Under the pieces are notes generated by a model, which worked only from the letters and a program-made list of their open reading frames with translations, did not search any database and was not told the DNA's origin. A stretch of 64,000 nucleotides of DNA, from assembly GCA_049523135.1 (NCBI GenBank), contig JBEKNE010000001.1, forward strand, positions 210,095-274,094. The letters are read 5' to 3'. Positions 27,705 to 36,184 of this stretch are shown here, piece by piece. A program made the translations under genes and the position numbers. Origin of the DNA: Candidatus Microgenomates bacterium. GTDB taxonomy: Bacteria; Patescibacteriota; Microgenomatia; UBA8517. The stretch's first letter is position 1. Each line of letters starts with the position of its first letter.

Positions 27705-28662
27705 GATTTCCCACAAAACTGTTATTTTTACCGTATTTTTCCTACTGAGTCTTTGGTTCGTGTATTTTATAAGGGGAATAATTTTAGAACTTTTTGTTGC
27801 TTTTCTCCTGATGACTATTATGGAACCGTTGGTGGTATTCCTTGAGAAGATTAAAATCCCAAGGGTCGTGTCGGTATTAATAACTTACATCTTGGTGATT
27901 GGAGTTTTGGGAGGATCAATAGCTTTAATAATTCCGACTTTGGTTCAGCAAACAACCAACTTTGCGAATGCCCTTCCCACGTATTTTGCCAATATCGGTA
28001 TTCAACTTTCAATAAGTGGAGATGTTGCGAAAGGGTTCATGCAACAGATAAGCGGAGTTTCCGGTGAGGTGCTTAATTTTACTTTTTCACTTTTCTCGAA
28101 TGTGTTTGCCATTTTGACGATTCTTGTTTTTGCCTTCTATATGCTTCTGACTCACAACGGGTTTAAGAGCCAGGTCCAGATGCTTTTCGGTGAAGCCAAG
28201 GGCCAAAAAATCAGTAAACTGATTATCGGCATTGAGGAAAAATTAGGTAAATGGGCCAGGGGGCAGCTTATTTTGATGTTGGCAGTAGCGATTGGAACTT
28301 ACATAGGGTTACTTCTTATCAGTGTTCCGTTTGCCTTACCGCTTGCGATTTTAGCCGGGATTTTTGAAATAATTCCTATTTTGGGACCGATTGTTTCCAC
28401 TATTCCTGCTGCCCTTATCGGATTTGGTATTTCTCCTGTTACAGGAGTGGGAGTGGTTGTTGTAGCACTATTGGTACGCGGGCTTGAAGGTTATGTGTTG
28501 GTGCCAAAGGTTATGCAAAAGTCCGTAGGAGTTTCACCTTTGGTTGTGCTTATTTCAATTGCCGTTGGTGCCAAGCTTGCCGGAATAATGGGAGTAATTG
28601 TTTCAATCCCTTTGGTTATTACGTTTGAAGTTTTAATTAGAGAATACTTCATCAAGGAATAA
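27688..28662 (+). CDS. AI-2E family transporter (PerM-like permease)
   Basis: 8-TM protein with the AI-2E conserved segment ...IPILGPIVSTIPAALIGF.... Confidence 0.8.
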   Translation: MFRKIEISHKTVIFTVFFLLSLWFVYFIRGIILELFVAFLLMTIMEPLVVFLEKIKIPRVVSVLITYILVIGVLGGSIALIIPTLVQQTTNFANALPTYFANIGIQLSISGDVAKGFMQQISGVSGEVLNFTFSLFSNVFAILTILVFAFYMLLTHNGFKSQVQMLFGEAKGQKISKLIIGIEEKLGKWARGQLILMLAVAIGTYIGLLLISVPFALPLAILAGIFEIIPILGPIVSTIPAALIGFGISPVTGVGVVVVALLVRGLEGYVLVPKVMQKSVGVSPLVVLISIAVGAKLAGIMGVIVSIPLVITFEVLIREYFIKE

Positions 28663-28670
28663 TTTATACC

Positions 28671-28702
28671 AACAAAAAATCCCGCTTGTGCGGGACTTTT
28701 TG
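28671..28702. terminator. Bidirectional intrinsic terminator (TCCCGC-TTGT-GCGGGA flanked by A6 / T5)
   Basis: Stem-loop with T-run on the plus strand (ends the permease transcript) and U6 on the minus strand (ends rnpB). Confidence 0.8.
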
Positions 28703-29013
28703 TACTCTGGAAAAGAGTAAGCCAGGTTCTGTTTTTCGATGATCATCCATCTAACGCCCTCGAACCTCGGGACTCGGGAAAGCGCTTCAAACGTCCCTTT
28801 CGGAGGTTGCAGCGGGGAGGATTGCCTCTTTTCACTCGTTTTCTTTTACCTTTAGGGTAAGAGACTCGACATAGTTTCTGTGGCTCTATACTGGCCAAAC
28901 CCAAGGTTTCCCTTGAGCCTGTCTCCGGCTTACGCCAGACACCCTGCTTTCTGCTGCCTGGACTTTCCTCACCAGCCTTGTGAGGCTAGCGCGATCATCC
29001 TTTCTCCAGAGTG
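28703..29013 (-). ncRNA. rnpB: RNase P RNA (bacterial type, compact ~310 nt)
   Basis: Minus strand reads ...GGUGAGGAAAGUCCAGGC... (CR-I/P4 5' strand) and ...ACAGAACCUGGCUUAC... (CR-V/P4 3' strand), with an A-U covariation relative to E. coli CCGGG/CCCGG. P1 pairs CUCUGGAG with CUCUUUUCCAGAG, P2 pairs GAUGAUCG with CGAUGAUCAUC, and P3 is the hairpin CCUCAC-AAGGCUG-GUGAGG. GUGAAA and ACAGAAAC motifs are present. The region is GC-rich and ORF-free on both strands. Confidence 0.85.
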
Positions 29014-29018
29014 AGGAA

Positions 29019-29050
29019 AGTATACCACTTTTTGCTACCGATTTCATAAA
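29019..29050 (-). promoter_or_regulatory. rnpB promoter with extended -10 (TGgTATACT)
   Basis: On the minus strand TGGTATACT lies ~7 nt upstream of the predicted RNA 5' end (CACUCUGG); the -35 is weak (ATGAAA-like). Confidence 0.45.
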
Positions 29051-29120
29051 CCCAAAATATTTTTAATATTCAATTTGCTGAGACACTTCAGTATCGGCCG
29101 AAGTTGGACTAATATTAATT

Positions 29121-31493
29121 ATGATTGCTACGACTAATAAAATTAAACGTCAGAAATTTAGTGCTTGGGTTGTGTTTCTTAGGCAATTCAAAAACCCGCT
29201 TCTTTTGGTTTTTATTGTCTCAACTATAGTTGCATTTGTTGTTGGAGAAAAAACGGAAGCGTTTGCTATTTGGATTGTAATGTCTCTTTCCATAATTTTA
29301 GGTTTTTGGAATGAATACCAAGCGGAAAAAGTTGTCAATGATCTGATTAAGCGGATTTCATTTACGGTTAGCGTTAAAAGAAACGGAGTTGAAAAAATAA
29401 TTCCCGTTGCCGAAATACAACTTAATGATGAAGTTTTTCTGCATTCTGGATCGATTATCCCCGCCGATATCCGAATATCAATTTCTGAAGGTCTAGAGGT
29501 CAATGAATCTGTTATTACTGGAGAATCGTTACCTGTGCCGAAAAAGGACGGAGACCCTGTTTATATGGGAACAGTTGTAACAAGCGGAAATGCTCACGGA
29601 GTTGTTACTGCAATCGGAATGGATACAAAATATGGAAAAATTTCTGGTCTAACCGATAAAGCCCGGCCTCTTACCGAATTTCAAAAAGGGCTTCAGGATT
29701 TTAGTTTGCTTCTTGCCAAAATTGCGGGGGTAACAGTTGTGCTTGTTATCGGTTTTGGATATTTTCTGCATCATCCGATTGTCGATACGGTACTTTTTGC
29801 ATTGACTGTAGCTATGGGAATCACACCGGAGCTTTTGCCGCTTATTGTCACATTAAGTCTTTCTTACGGTTCCAAAAAATTAGCAAAGAAGGATTTAATT
29901 GTAAAACAATTTGTCTCAATAGAGGATATTGGAAATATGGAAGTTCTTTGCACGGATAAAACAGGCACTTTAACGGAGGGCAAAATTTCTCTAAGTTTAT
30001 ATCAGGACAAATCCGGTAAAGAAAACCCCGAAGTTCTTAGCTTAGGTTTAATTTGCAATTCAGGGTTTACCCATGGATACGCCGCTGCGGATTCTATCGA
30101 TAAAGCAATCATTGATTTTGCAGAGTCAAAGGGCATTAAGATTACCAATAAACCAGAAAAACTTTATGAAATGCCCTTTAATTTTGAGAATAGATTTATG
30201 TCTATCGCGATAAAAAGAGATGGAAAAGTAGTTTTGATTTGTAAAGGTTCGCCAGAAGCAATAATAGCTCGGTTGAAACTTGATGATGAGGAGAAGAAAA
30301 AACTTGAGAGTACTTCGGATGGTCTTCAAAAGAACGGCTTGAGAGTAATTGCTGTTGCATCAAAAGAAATAGTCAATTTTGATCCTAAACTTATTAAAAG
30401 CGAATTTAAAGATCTTAAGTTTGGAGGATTTATGAGTTTTGCCGATGTTCCCAAAAAAGATTTGGCGGAAGATTTTAGAAAATTTGAAAATCTCGGGGTT
30501 TCAATAAAAATAATTACGGGAGACAGTGAAATTGTTGCTGAAAAAGTGTCCAAAGATGTCGGGTTTGATTATAAAAAGGTTTTGACCAACTCTGAAGTTG
30601 AGAAGATGAATGACTTGGAGTTGGAAAAAGAAGTATGGAAAGTAGACATTTTTTCCAGAATTACTCCATCCCAAAAAGTAAGGATAATTCAAGCTTTAAA
30701 GAAGGGTGGCAGAACCATAGGTTATATGGGTGATGGGGTTAATGACGGCCCGGCTCTTCGTATCGCCGATGTGGGAATTTCTGTTAATACCGGAGTGGAT
30801 GTAGCCAAAGATACAGCCTCAATTGTACTTCTTAGGAAGAGCCTTGGGACTATTGCTGATGGAATTAAAGAAGGAAGAATTACTTTCCAAAATACAATTA
30901 AATATATTTTAATGGGAACAAGCTCTGATTTTGGAAACATGGTGAGTGCGGCGGCGGCATCCATAATCTTGCCATTTTTGCCCATGACACCGGTGCAGTT
31001 TTTACTTAATAACATTTTGTATGATGTTTCTCAAACTTCTATCCCGACGGATAATATTGACCCTGATCAGATACGACTTCCCAGAAGTTGGGACATAAAT
31101 TACATAAAGAAATTCATGATTTTATTTGGTTTAATAGGAACTTTATATGACTTTTTGACCTTCGCAGTTATGTATTTTGTATTTCACGCTAGAGGAAGCC
31201 TATTCCAGACCGGTTGGTTTGTTACTTCGTTCATAACTCAAGTCTTGGTAGTTTTTGTAATAAGAACCAGAAAAATTCCCTTTTGGAAAAGTAAGCCCAG
31301 TACTCCATTTTTAATAACTTGTTTAAGTGTTGTAGTTCTGGCTTTATATCTGCCATTTAGTCCGTTTGCAGACTACCTCGATTTTAGTAGACTTCCGTTA
31401 CTTTATTTTGGTTTTCTAATTGGAATTACTCTAACATATTTAGGAATGGTTGAAATCGGAAAATATTATTTGAATAGGAATAAATTTATATAA
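29121..31493 (+). CDS. Cation-transporting P-type ATPase (MgtA/Ca2+-type, P2/P3 family)
   Basis: DKTGTLT phosphorylation motif, TGES, GDGVNDGPAL hinge, 10 TM helices. Confidence 0.88.
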   Translation: MIATTNKIKRQKFSAWVVFLRQFKNPLLLVFIVSTIVAFVVGEKTEAFAIWIVMSLSIILGFWNEYQAEKVVNDLIKRISFTVSVKRNGVEKIIPVAEIQLNDEVFLHSGSIIPADIRISISEGLEVNESVITGESLPVPKKDGDPVYMGTVVTSGNAHGVVTAIGMDTKYGKISGLTDKARPLTEFQKGLQDFSLLLAKIAGVTVVLVIGFGYFLHHPIVDTVLFALTVAMGITPELLPLIVTLSLSYGSKKLAKKDLIVKQFVSIEDIGNMEVLCTDKTGTLTEGKISLSLYQDKSGKENPEVLSLGLICNSGFTHGYAAADSIDKAIIDFAESKGIKITNKPEKLYEMPFNFENRFMSIAIKRDGKVVLICKGSPEAIIARLKLDDEEKKKLESTSDGLQKNGLRVIAVASKEIVNFDPKLIKSEFKDLKFGGFMSFADVPKKDLAEDFRKFENLGVSIKIITGDSEIVAEKVSKDVGFDYKKVLTNSEVEKMNDLELEKEVWKVDIFSRITPSQKVRIIQALKKGGRTIGYMGDGVNDGPALRIADVGISVNTGVDVAKDTASIVLLRKSLGTIADGIKEGRITFQNTIKYILMGTSSDFGNMVSAAAASIILPFLPMTPVQFLLNNILYDVSQTSIPTDNIDPDQIRLPRSWDINYIKKFMILFGLIGTLYDFLTFAVMYFVFHARGSLFQTGWFVTSFITQVLVVFVIRTRKIPFWKSKPSTPFLITCLSVVVLALYLPFSPFADYLDFSRLPLLYFGFLIGITLTYLGMVEIGKYYLNRNKFI

Positions 31494-31934
31494 ATGAGAC
31501 TTGTAGTACAAAGAGTCGAAAAAGCGAAAGTTGTGAAAGTATCTGACAAAAAAACGGTTGGGAAAATCGGTTTGGGTCTTTTTGTTTTAGTCGGATTTAA
31601 AAAAGGTGACTCAGAAAATGATGTGAACTCGTTGGCAGAAAAACTTTCAAAACTTCGTGTAATGTCGGACGATAAAGAAAAGATGAATTTATCAGTTCTC
31701 GATACCAAATCGGAAATTTTGGTTGTTTCCCAATTTACTCTTTATGCCGATACAATGGGGGGCAATAGACCGAGTTTTTTTAAAGCGGAAGAACCGGCTA
31801 GGGCCGAAAAACTTTATAACTATTTTATTGAAAATCTTAGGCAAAAAGGAATAAAAGTTGAAACCGGAAGTTTTGGAGATTATATGCAGATAGAGGCCAC
31901 CCTAAACGGACCGGTTACAATAATTTATGAGTAA
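31494..31934 (+). CDS. dtd: D-aminoacyl-tRNA deacylase
   Basis: MRLVVQRV...SQFTLYAD..GNRPSF conserved Dtd motifs. Confidence 0.88.
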   Translation: MRLVVQRVEKAKVVKVSDKKTVGKIGLGLFVLVGFKKGDSENDVNSLAEKLSKLRVMSDDKEKMNLSVLDTKSEILVVSQFTLYADTMGGNRPSFFKAEEPARAEKLYNYFIENLRQKGIKVETGSFGDYMQIEATLNGPVTIIYE

Positions 31935-32532
31935 GATATTAAAATCTTTGGGCACGGTAGTTCTGGTATTCGCCTGCGTTGTCGTAGCGATAACAACGTT
32001 TTTGGTTGGCTATATAAAAGGATATTCATTCGGTAAAAACGATCAATATGGTGTTGATCAGAAGTATTTATCACAATTCGTTTCAGCGACATCAAAACCG
32101 TTTGCAACTTCCACTTCTTCTCCAAAACCAATTGTGGTTTATGTAAAACCTACTCCAGCTCCGAGTTGGGGAGGACCTCAGCTTTGGGATGCAGTCAATC
32201 AATCCAGAGTTGAGCATGGAGTTAACCCTTTAAAATCGAAAGATGATCTTTGCACAATTGCCTCAATACGTTTGAATGAACTTCTACAACTGGGAACACT
32301 TGACGGACACCAGGGTTTTTCGGCACTTGAACAAAGAAACGATATAAAACCGATTTTTGATAGCTATGGAGTTGTTTCCGAATTTCTGGTTAGCGGGGCA
32401 ACCAGTCCTCAAAATGCAGTTGATCTTTGGCTTAATACAATGGGTCATAAACAGCTTCTGACAGGAGGAGAGTATGTTTGGGGCTGTATTTATGCTCAAA
32501 ACGGATTTGGTGTAGCAATCGCAGCGTATTAA
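31927..32532 (+). CDS. CAP/SCP/PR1-like domain protein, membrane anchored
   Basis: N-terminal TM; C-terminal CAP motifs (GH..Q.L..GGEYVWGCIYA). Confidence 0.65.
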   Translation: MSKILKSLGTVVLVFACVVVAITTFLVGYIKGYSFGKNDQYGVDQKYLSQFVSATSKPFATSTSSPKPIVVYVKPTPAPSWGGPQLWDAVNQSRVEHGVNPLKSKDDLCTIASIRLNELLQLGTLDGHQGFSALEQRNDIKPIFDSYGVVSEFLVSGATSPQNAVDLWLNTMGHKQLLTGGEYVWGCIYAQNGFGVAIAAY

Positions 32533-33131
32533 ATCAATTTTTCTCTTTTTAAGAACTTTATTAATTTTTTCTTTGAAGTAAATTGACGCCCAATTCCAAC
32601 AAAAAGCCTATTCATATCGTTCCAATATTTTTTAGGAACTGTTTTAATTAATTCCTTTTCGGTTTGTTCAGGGTTTTTTGTATGGACCCAACCAAGTAGG
32701 TTACTGATTCTGTGGACATGGGTATCAACTGCGATTGCTGGAATGTTAAATGCACGATTAAGAACCAAATTTGCAGTTTTTCTACCAACCCCGGGGAGGG
32801 TAATAAGTTTTTTAAATGTTCCTGGAACTTTTCCGTTAAAATCTTTTAGTACTTTTTCGGTTAGAAGCTTTATGTGTTTTGCTTTTATTTTATAAAAACC
32901 AACAGGGTAGATTAATTTTTCAATGCTTTTGACTTCAAGTTTATTTAATTCGGAAAAATTTGGAGCAACCTTAAAAAGTCTTTTCGCGGCAGCCAGAGTG
33001 GTATTGTCGTTAGTCCGTGCGGACATAACTGTTGAAATTAATGTTTTATATTTATTTGAGCCAAAAACCTCCAAGGGGATCGGCTTATAGTTATTTTTGA
33101 ATACTTTAAAAACTTTGGAGTAGTCTTTCAT
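32529..33131 (-). CDS. nth: Endonuclease III-like HhH-GPD DNA glycosylase (no C-terminal 4Fe-4S Cys cluster)
   Basis: HhH motif LITLPGVGRKTANLVL and catalytic-region D in VDTHVHRI; ends without the CX6CX2CX5C cluster. Confidence 0.75.
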   Translation of the reverse strand: MKDYSKVFKVFKNNYKPIPLEVFGSNKYKTLISTVMSARTNDNTTLAAAKRLFKVAPNFSELNKLEVKSIEKLIYPVGFYKIKAKHIKLLTEKVLKDFNGKVPGTFKKLITLPGVGRKTANLVLNRAFNIPAIAVDTHVHRISNLLGWVHTKNPEQTEKELIKTVPKKYWNDMNRLFVGIGRQFTSKKKLIKFLKREKLI

Positions 33132-33149
33132 TATCTGTTAAGGAATACA

Positions 33150-33190
33150 AAAGGGGCCCTACCAATTCCGGTGGGTGCCCTTTTGCTTTA
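33150..33190 (-). terminator. Hairpin + U-run after the small zinc-ribbon gene (minus strand)
   Basis: GGGGCCCTACC..GGTGGGTGCCC imperfect inverted repeat with flanking A4 (plus) / T4 (minus). Confidence 0.4.
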
Positions 33191-33206
33191 AGTGTTCAAA
33201 TCAAAG

Positions 33207-33344
33207 TTATTTGCCTCCGATCTTGAACATGGTTGTGCCACAAACTTCACAAACTGCTTTTGTAGCTTTCTTGCCATTTTTCATGGTAACCTCTTGAGCA
33301 TCTTTGCCCTCTCTTTTTGCGCGGCACTTTACACAGTACATCAT
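33207..33344 (-). CDS. Small C4 zinc-ribbon protein, 45 aa (not in ORF track)
   Basis: Manual translation MMYCVKCRAKREGKDAQEVTMKNGKKATKAVCEVCGTTMFKIGGK: two CxxC pairs; resembles the widespread ~45-aa zinc-ribbon small-protein family. Confidence 0.5.
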   Translation of the reverse strand: MMYCVKCRAKREGKDAQEVTMKNGKKATKAVCEVCGTTMFKIGGK

Positions 33345-33403
33345 AAATTACTTCACCCCCTTCCTTAGGACAGACAACACTTAATTGTCTTTTACAGAAC
33401 AGC

Positions 33404-33691
33404 TCATTTAATCATGAACTTGCTCCAGGCTAAGTATATCACGAGCTCCAGGAACAGGATGAAGCTAATGAGAATTAAGCTTCTGAGAATGTTTTTTCTG
33501 GTTTTTGAGGCTGACCCATCTTGTGCCAAGTATTCGGCTTTTTTTTCATGCCTGACCGTGGCTGGTGAAGAAATTTTGTCTGATCTTGATTCCCCCTTGA
33601 CATGCGTTCCAGAAGGCTCTTTTGGTTGCCACGAAACGAGAAATCCGTAATGCGGATTCTCTTTATTTTTTCGTGTCCTTTCTATTGCCAC
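33404..33691 (-). CDS. Questionable ORF (95 aa, GTG start, C-terminal hydrophobic segment)
   Basis: ORF-track entry only; no SD; runs through a plus-strand hairpin/T-run; may be non-coding. Confidence 0.15.
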   Translation of the reverse strand: MAIERTRKNKENPHYGFLVSWQPKEPSGTHVKGESRSDKISSPATVRHEKKAEYLAQDGSASKTRKNILRSLILISFILFLELVIYLAWSKFMIK

Positions 33692-33782
33692 GGCATCAAT
33701 TTACATCGAATTGGTAAATTTTACAATCTCCTTGACACTGACTTTTCAAGATGTAAAAATGACACCAGCCTGCCAAAAGTAA

Positions 33783-34241
33783 ATGCAAAATTTGAGTTTA
33801 TATATTTCTTTAATTTTGGGAGTTTGGCTTTTGGTACTAAGTTTTTTCTTGTACCGTTATTTCGCTCTTTTTAATAGACTAGGTAAAGATATTGAAGTAT
33901 CTGATCTTAAAAAAGTTTTGGAAAAACTTTTAGGACGGGTAGATGAAAATACCGAAAATATAAAAGGTATTGAAAAAAGAATTGATCTTTTGGAAGATGA
34001 CGGCAAATACCACGTACAGAAAGTAGGCTTGGTAAGATTTAATCCGTTTAAAGAACTTGGCGGAGATCATAGTTTTAGTTTGGCCATTCTTGACGGTCAC
34101 GACTCGGGAGTTATCATAACAGGACTTCATACAAGAGAAAGAACCAGAATTTATATGAAGGATATTAAAAAGGGTAAGAGTAGTTCCGAACTGTCAACTG
34201 AAGAAGAAAAGGCTTTGGTTAGCGCTCAAAAGAGCAGATAG
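33783..34241 (+). CDS. DUF4446 family protein
   Basis: N-terminal TM and conserved VGLVRFNPF...GGDHSFSLAILD segment typical of DUF4446. Confidence 0.7.
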   Translation: MQNLSLYISLILGVWLLVLSFFLYRYFALFNRLGKDIEVSDLKKVLEKLLGRVDENTENIKGIEKRIDLLEDDGKYHVQKVGLVRFNPFKELGGDHSFSLAILDGHDSGVIITGLHTRERTRIYMKDIKKGKSSSELSTEEEKALVSAQKSR

Positions 34242-34325
34242 TAATATATACAAATAAACTTTGTGTTATTTAAAAGCTCTTATTTGCGATTGCAAATTCG
34301 GGTCCATTGAGTATAGAATGAAACA

Positions 34326-35570
34326 TTGTTACCTTTAATGAAAAACTTTAAGAATTTTTTTATTTCAAGAAAATTTATAGTAATTGTCAGTTTTGTTGGA
34401 CTTTTCTTAATTACGGTTGGGGTCTCATTAATCATTTTTTATTATGTAGCTCCTCAAAAAGCTTCTAACCTTCTTTCCGAGATTGGTCAAAGGACAAAAA
34501 TAAATGTCAATCTTCCCAAGACCGAAGAATGCCCGATTAACGGGGAAATGTATACAAAAGCGGAAAGTGATGTCTGGAATACAAGGCGTCCTATTGCAAT
34601 GATGATTGAAAATCACACTGAGGCAAGACCAGAGTCGGGTTTATCACGCGCGGATGTTGTTTACGAAGCTGTAGCTGAAGGCGGAATAACAAGATTTACG
34701 GCAATATTCTATTGCGGAGCGGCAGCGGAGGATGTCCAAGCAGCTCCTCTTAGAAGTGCCAGGGTCTATTTTGTCAATCTTGCGGCAGGTTATGGAACCG
34801 ATCCAATCTTTTTGCATCAAGGTGAAGCGAATAATATTTGCAGCACTTGCCCGGGAGGAAATAAACCATCATCTCAAATCGATCCTTTAGTTAATGTACT
34901 GACTCTATTTGATAAGCTTGGTTGGCAAGGAGGAACAACAGGCAATAATTTTGATGGCGGCTACGACATAGGCTATCCTATCGTTGTTCGTAACCAATAC
35001 CGCTTGAGTAGCACCGCTTCCGCTTGGGAGCATTCGGTTGTAGCAGATCTTGATCTTGTTTGGCAGGAAGCTGCAAAGCGGGGATGGAATTATAAAGACA
35101 GTAGTGGAGTGCCGTGGACACAGGGCTTTACAAAATGGATTTTCCAAAACGGCAAAGCAACAACCTCACCTGCAGTATCCGATATCAAGTTTAACTTTTG
35201 GGCTAGTATGCCGGGTTATGATGTTGAATGGAAATATAATTCCGCTACAAATTTTTACATGAGATATAATGCCGGGCAAGCGTTTATTGATTGGGAATTT
35301 GATAAGCCTCAGATAGCGGCAGCGAACGTAGCAATAATGTTCGTTAAGGAAAGTGGTCCTCTTGATAGTGAGCATCATATGTTCTATCAGGATATCGGAA
35401 CAGGCAATGCAATAGTTTTCCAGAACGGTCAGGCGATAGTGGGAACTTGGAAAAAGGCATCAGCGCTTGACAGGGAAGTTTTTTATGATACAAATGGGAA
35501 AGAGATACAAATGGTTCGTGGACAAACCTGGGTAGAGCTGGTACCTTCCACAAACAAAGTCAGTTATTAA
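34326..35570 (+). CDS. DUF3048 (YerB-like) family secreted protein
   Basis: N-terminal TM/signal; RPIAMMIENH...RPESGLSRADVVYEAVAEGGITRF matches the DUF3048 core. Confidence 0.7.
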   Translation: MLPLMKNFKNFFISRKFIVIVSFVGLFLITVGVSLIIFYYVAPQKASNLLSEIGQRTKINVNLPKTEECPINGEMYTKAESDVWNTRRPIAMMIENHTEARPESGLSRADVVYEAVAEGGITRFTAIFYCGAAAEDVQAAPLRSARVYFVNLAAGYGTDPIFLHQGEANNICSTCPGGNKPSSQIDPLVNVLTLFDKLGWQGGTTGNNFDGGYDIGYPIVVRNQYRLSSTASAWEHSVVADLDLVWQEAAKRGWNYKDSSGVPWTQGFTKWIFQNGKATTSPAVSDIKFNFWASMPGYDVEWKYNSATNFYMRYNAGQAFIDWEFDKPQIAAANVAIMFVKESGPLDSEHHMFYQDIGTGNAIVFQNGQAIVGTWKKASALDREVFYDTNGKEIQMVRGQTWVELVPSTNKVSY

Positions 35571-35591
35571 TTATTACCTGCTCCAAAATAG

Positions 35592-36176
35592 ATGGCGACT
35601 CTAGGTGACATTATTACTTCGAAAGTTAGAATTAAAATCTTGGAGCTTTTCTTCTCCAACCTGAAAGAGGTTTATCATGTCAGAGGAATTGTTAGGGAAA
35701 CCGATGAGGAAATTAATGCCGTAAGACGCGAACTGATGAAACTTGAAACAGACGGCTTACTTAGGAAAGAACCCCGGGGAAACAGGATTTACTATTCAGT
35801 TAGACCCGAATATCCGTTTTTTGATGATTTGGTTTCAATGGTTGCCAAAACTACCGGTTTGGGTAAATTGATAATTGAAAACAGAAATAAAATTGGCAGG
35901 ATCTCATTTATAATGTTTTCAGGAAAGTTTATCAGACGAAAAGAGCGCAAGCGTGAGGACGATGTAGATATTTTGGTTGTTGGAGAAGTGGTATTGCCTG
36001 AATTAGCTTCAATTATTAGAGTTGAGGAAAGCAAGCGAGGAACAGAAATAAATTACACAGCGATGAACAGAGATGAATTTGATTTCAGAAAAAAAAGGCG
36101 TGACCCGTTTCTTCTGGGAATACTGTCCGGCAGTCGGGTTATGATAATTGGGGATGAAGAAGACCTCGTCGGTTAA
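35592..36176 (+). CDS. Putative transcriptional regulator (N-terminal winged helix + C-terminal nucleotidyltransferase-like domain)
   Basis: wHTH-like N-terminus (VRIKILELF...HVRGIVRETDEEINAVRRELMKLETDGLL); basic linker; C-terminal DDVDILVVG. Confidence 0.5.
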   Translation: MATLGDIITSKVRIKILELFFSNLKEVYHVRGIVRETDEEINAVRRELMKLETDGLLRKEPRGNRIYYSVRPEYPFFDDLVSMVAKTTGLGKLIIENRNKIGRISFIMFSGKFIRRKERKREDDVDILVVGEVVLPELASIIRVEESKRGTEINYTAMNRDEFDFRKKRRDPFLLGILSGSRVMIIGDEEDLVG

Positions 36177-36184
36177 TTTTATCT

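Noticed and set aside
33400-33700. SRP RNA / other known ncRNA in the unassigned region
   Set aside because: A GGAAcAGGAuGAAGC stretch loosely resembles the SRP helix-8 motif, but no symmetric helix or GNAR tetraloop can be formed; not supported.
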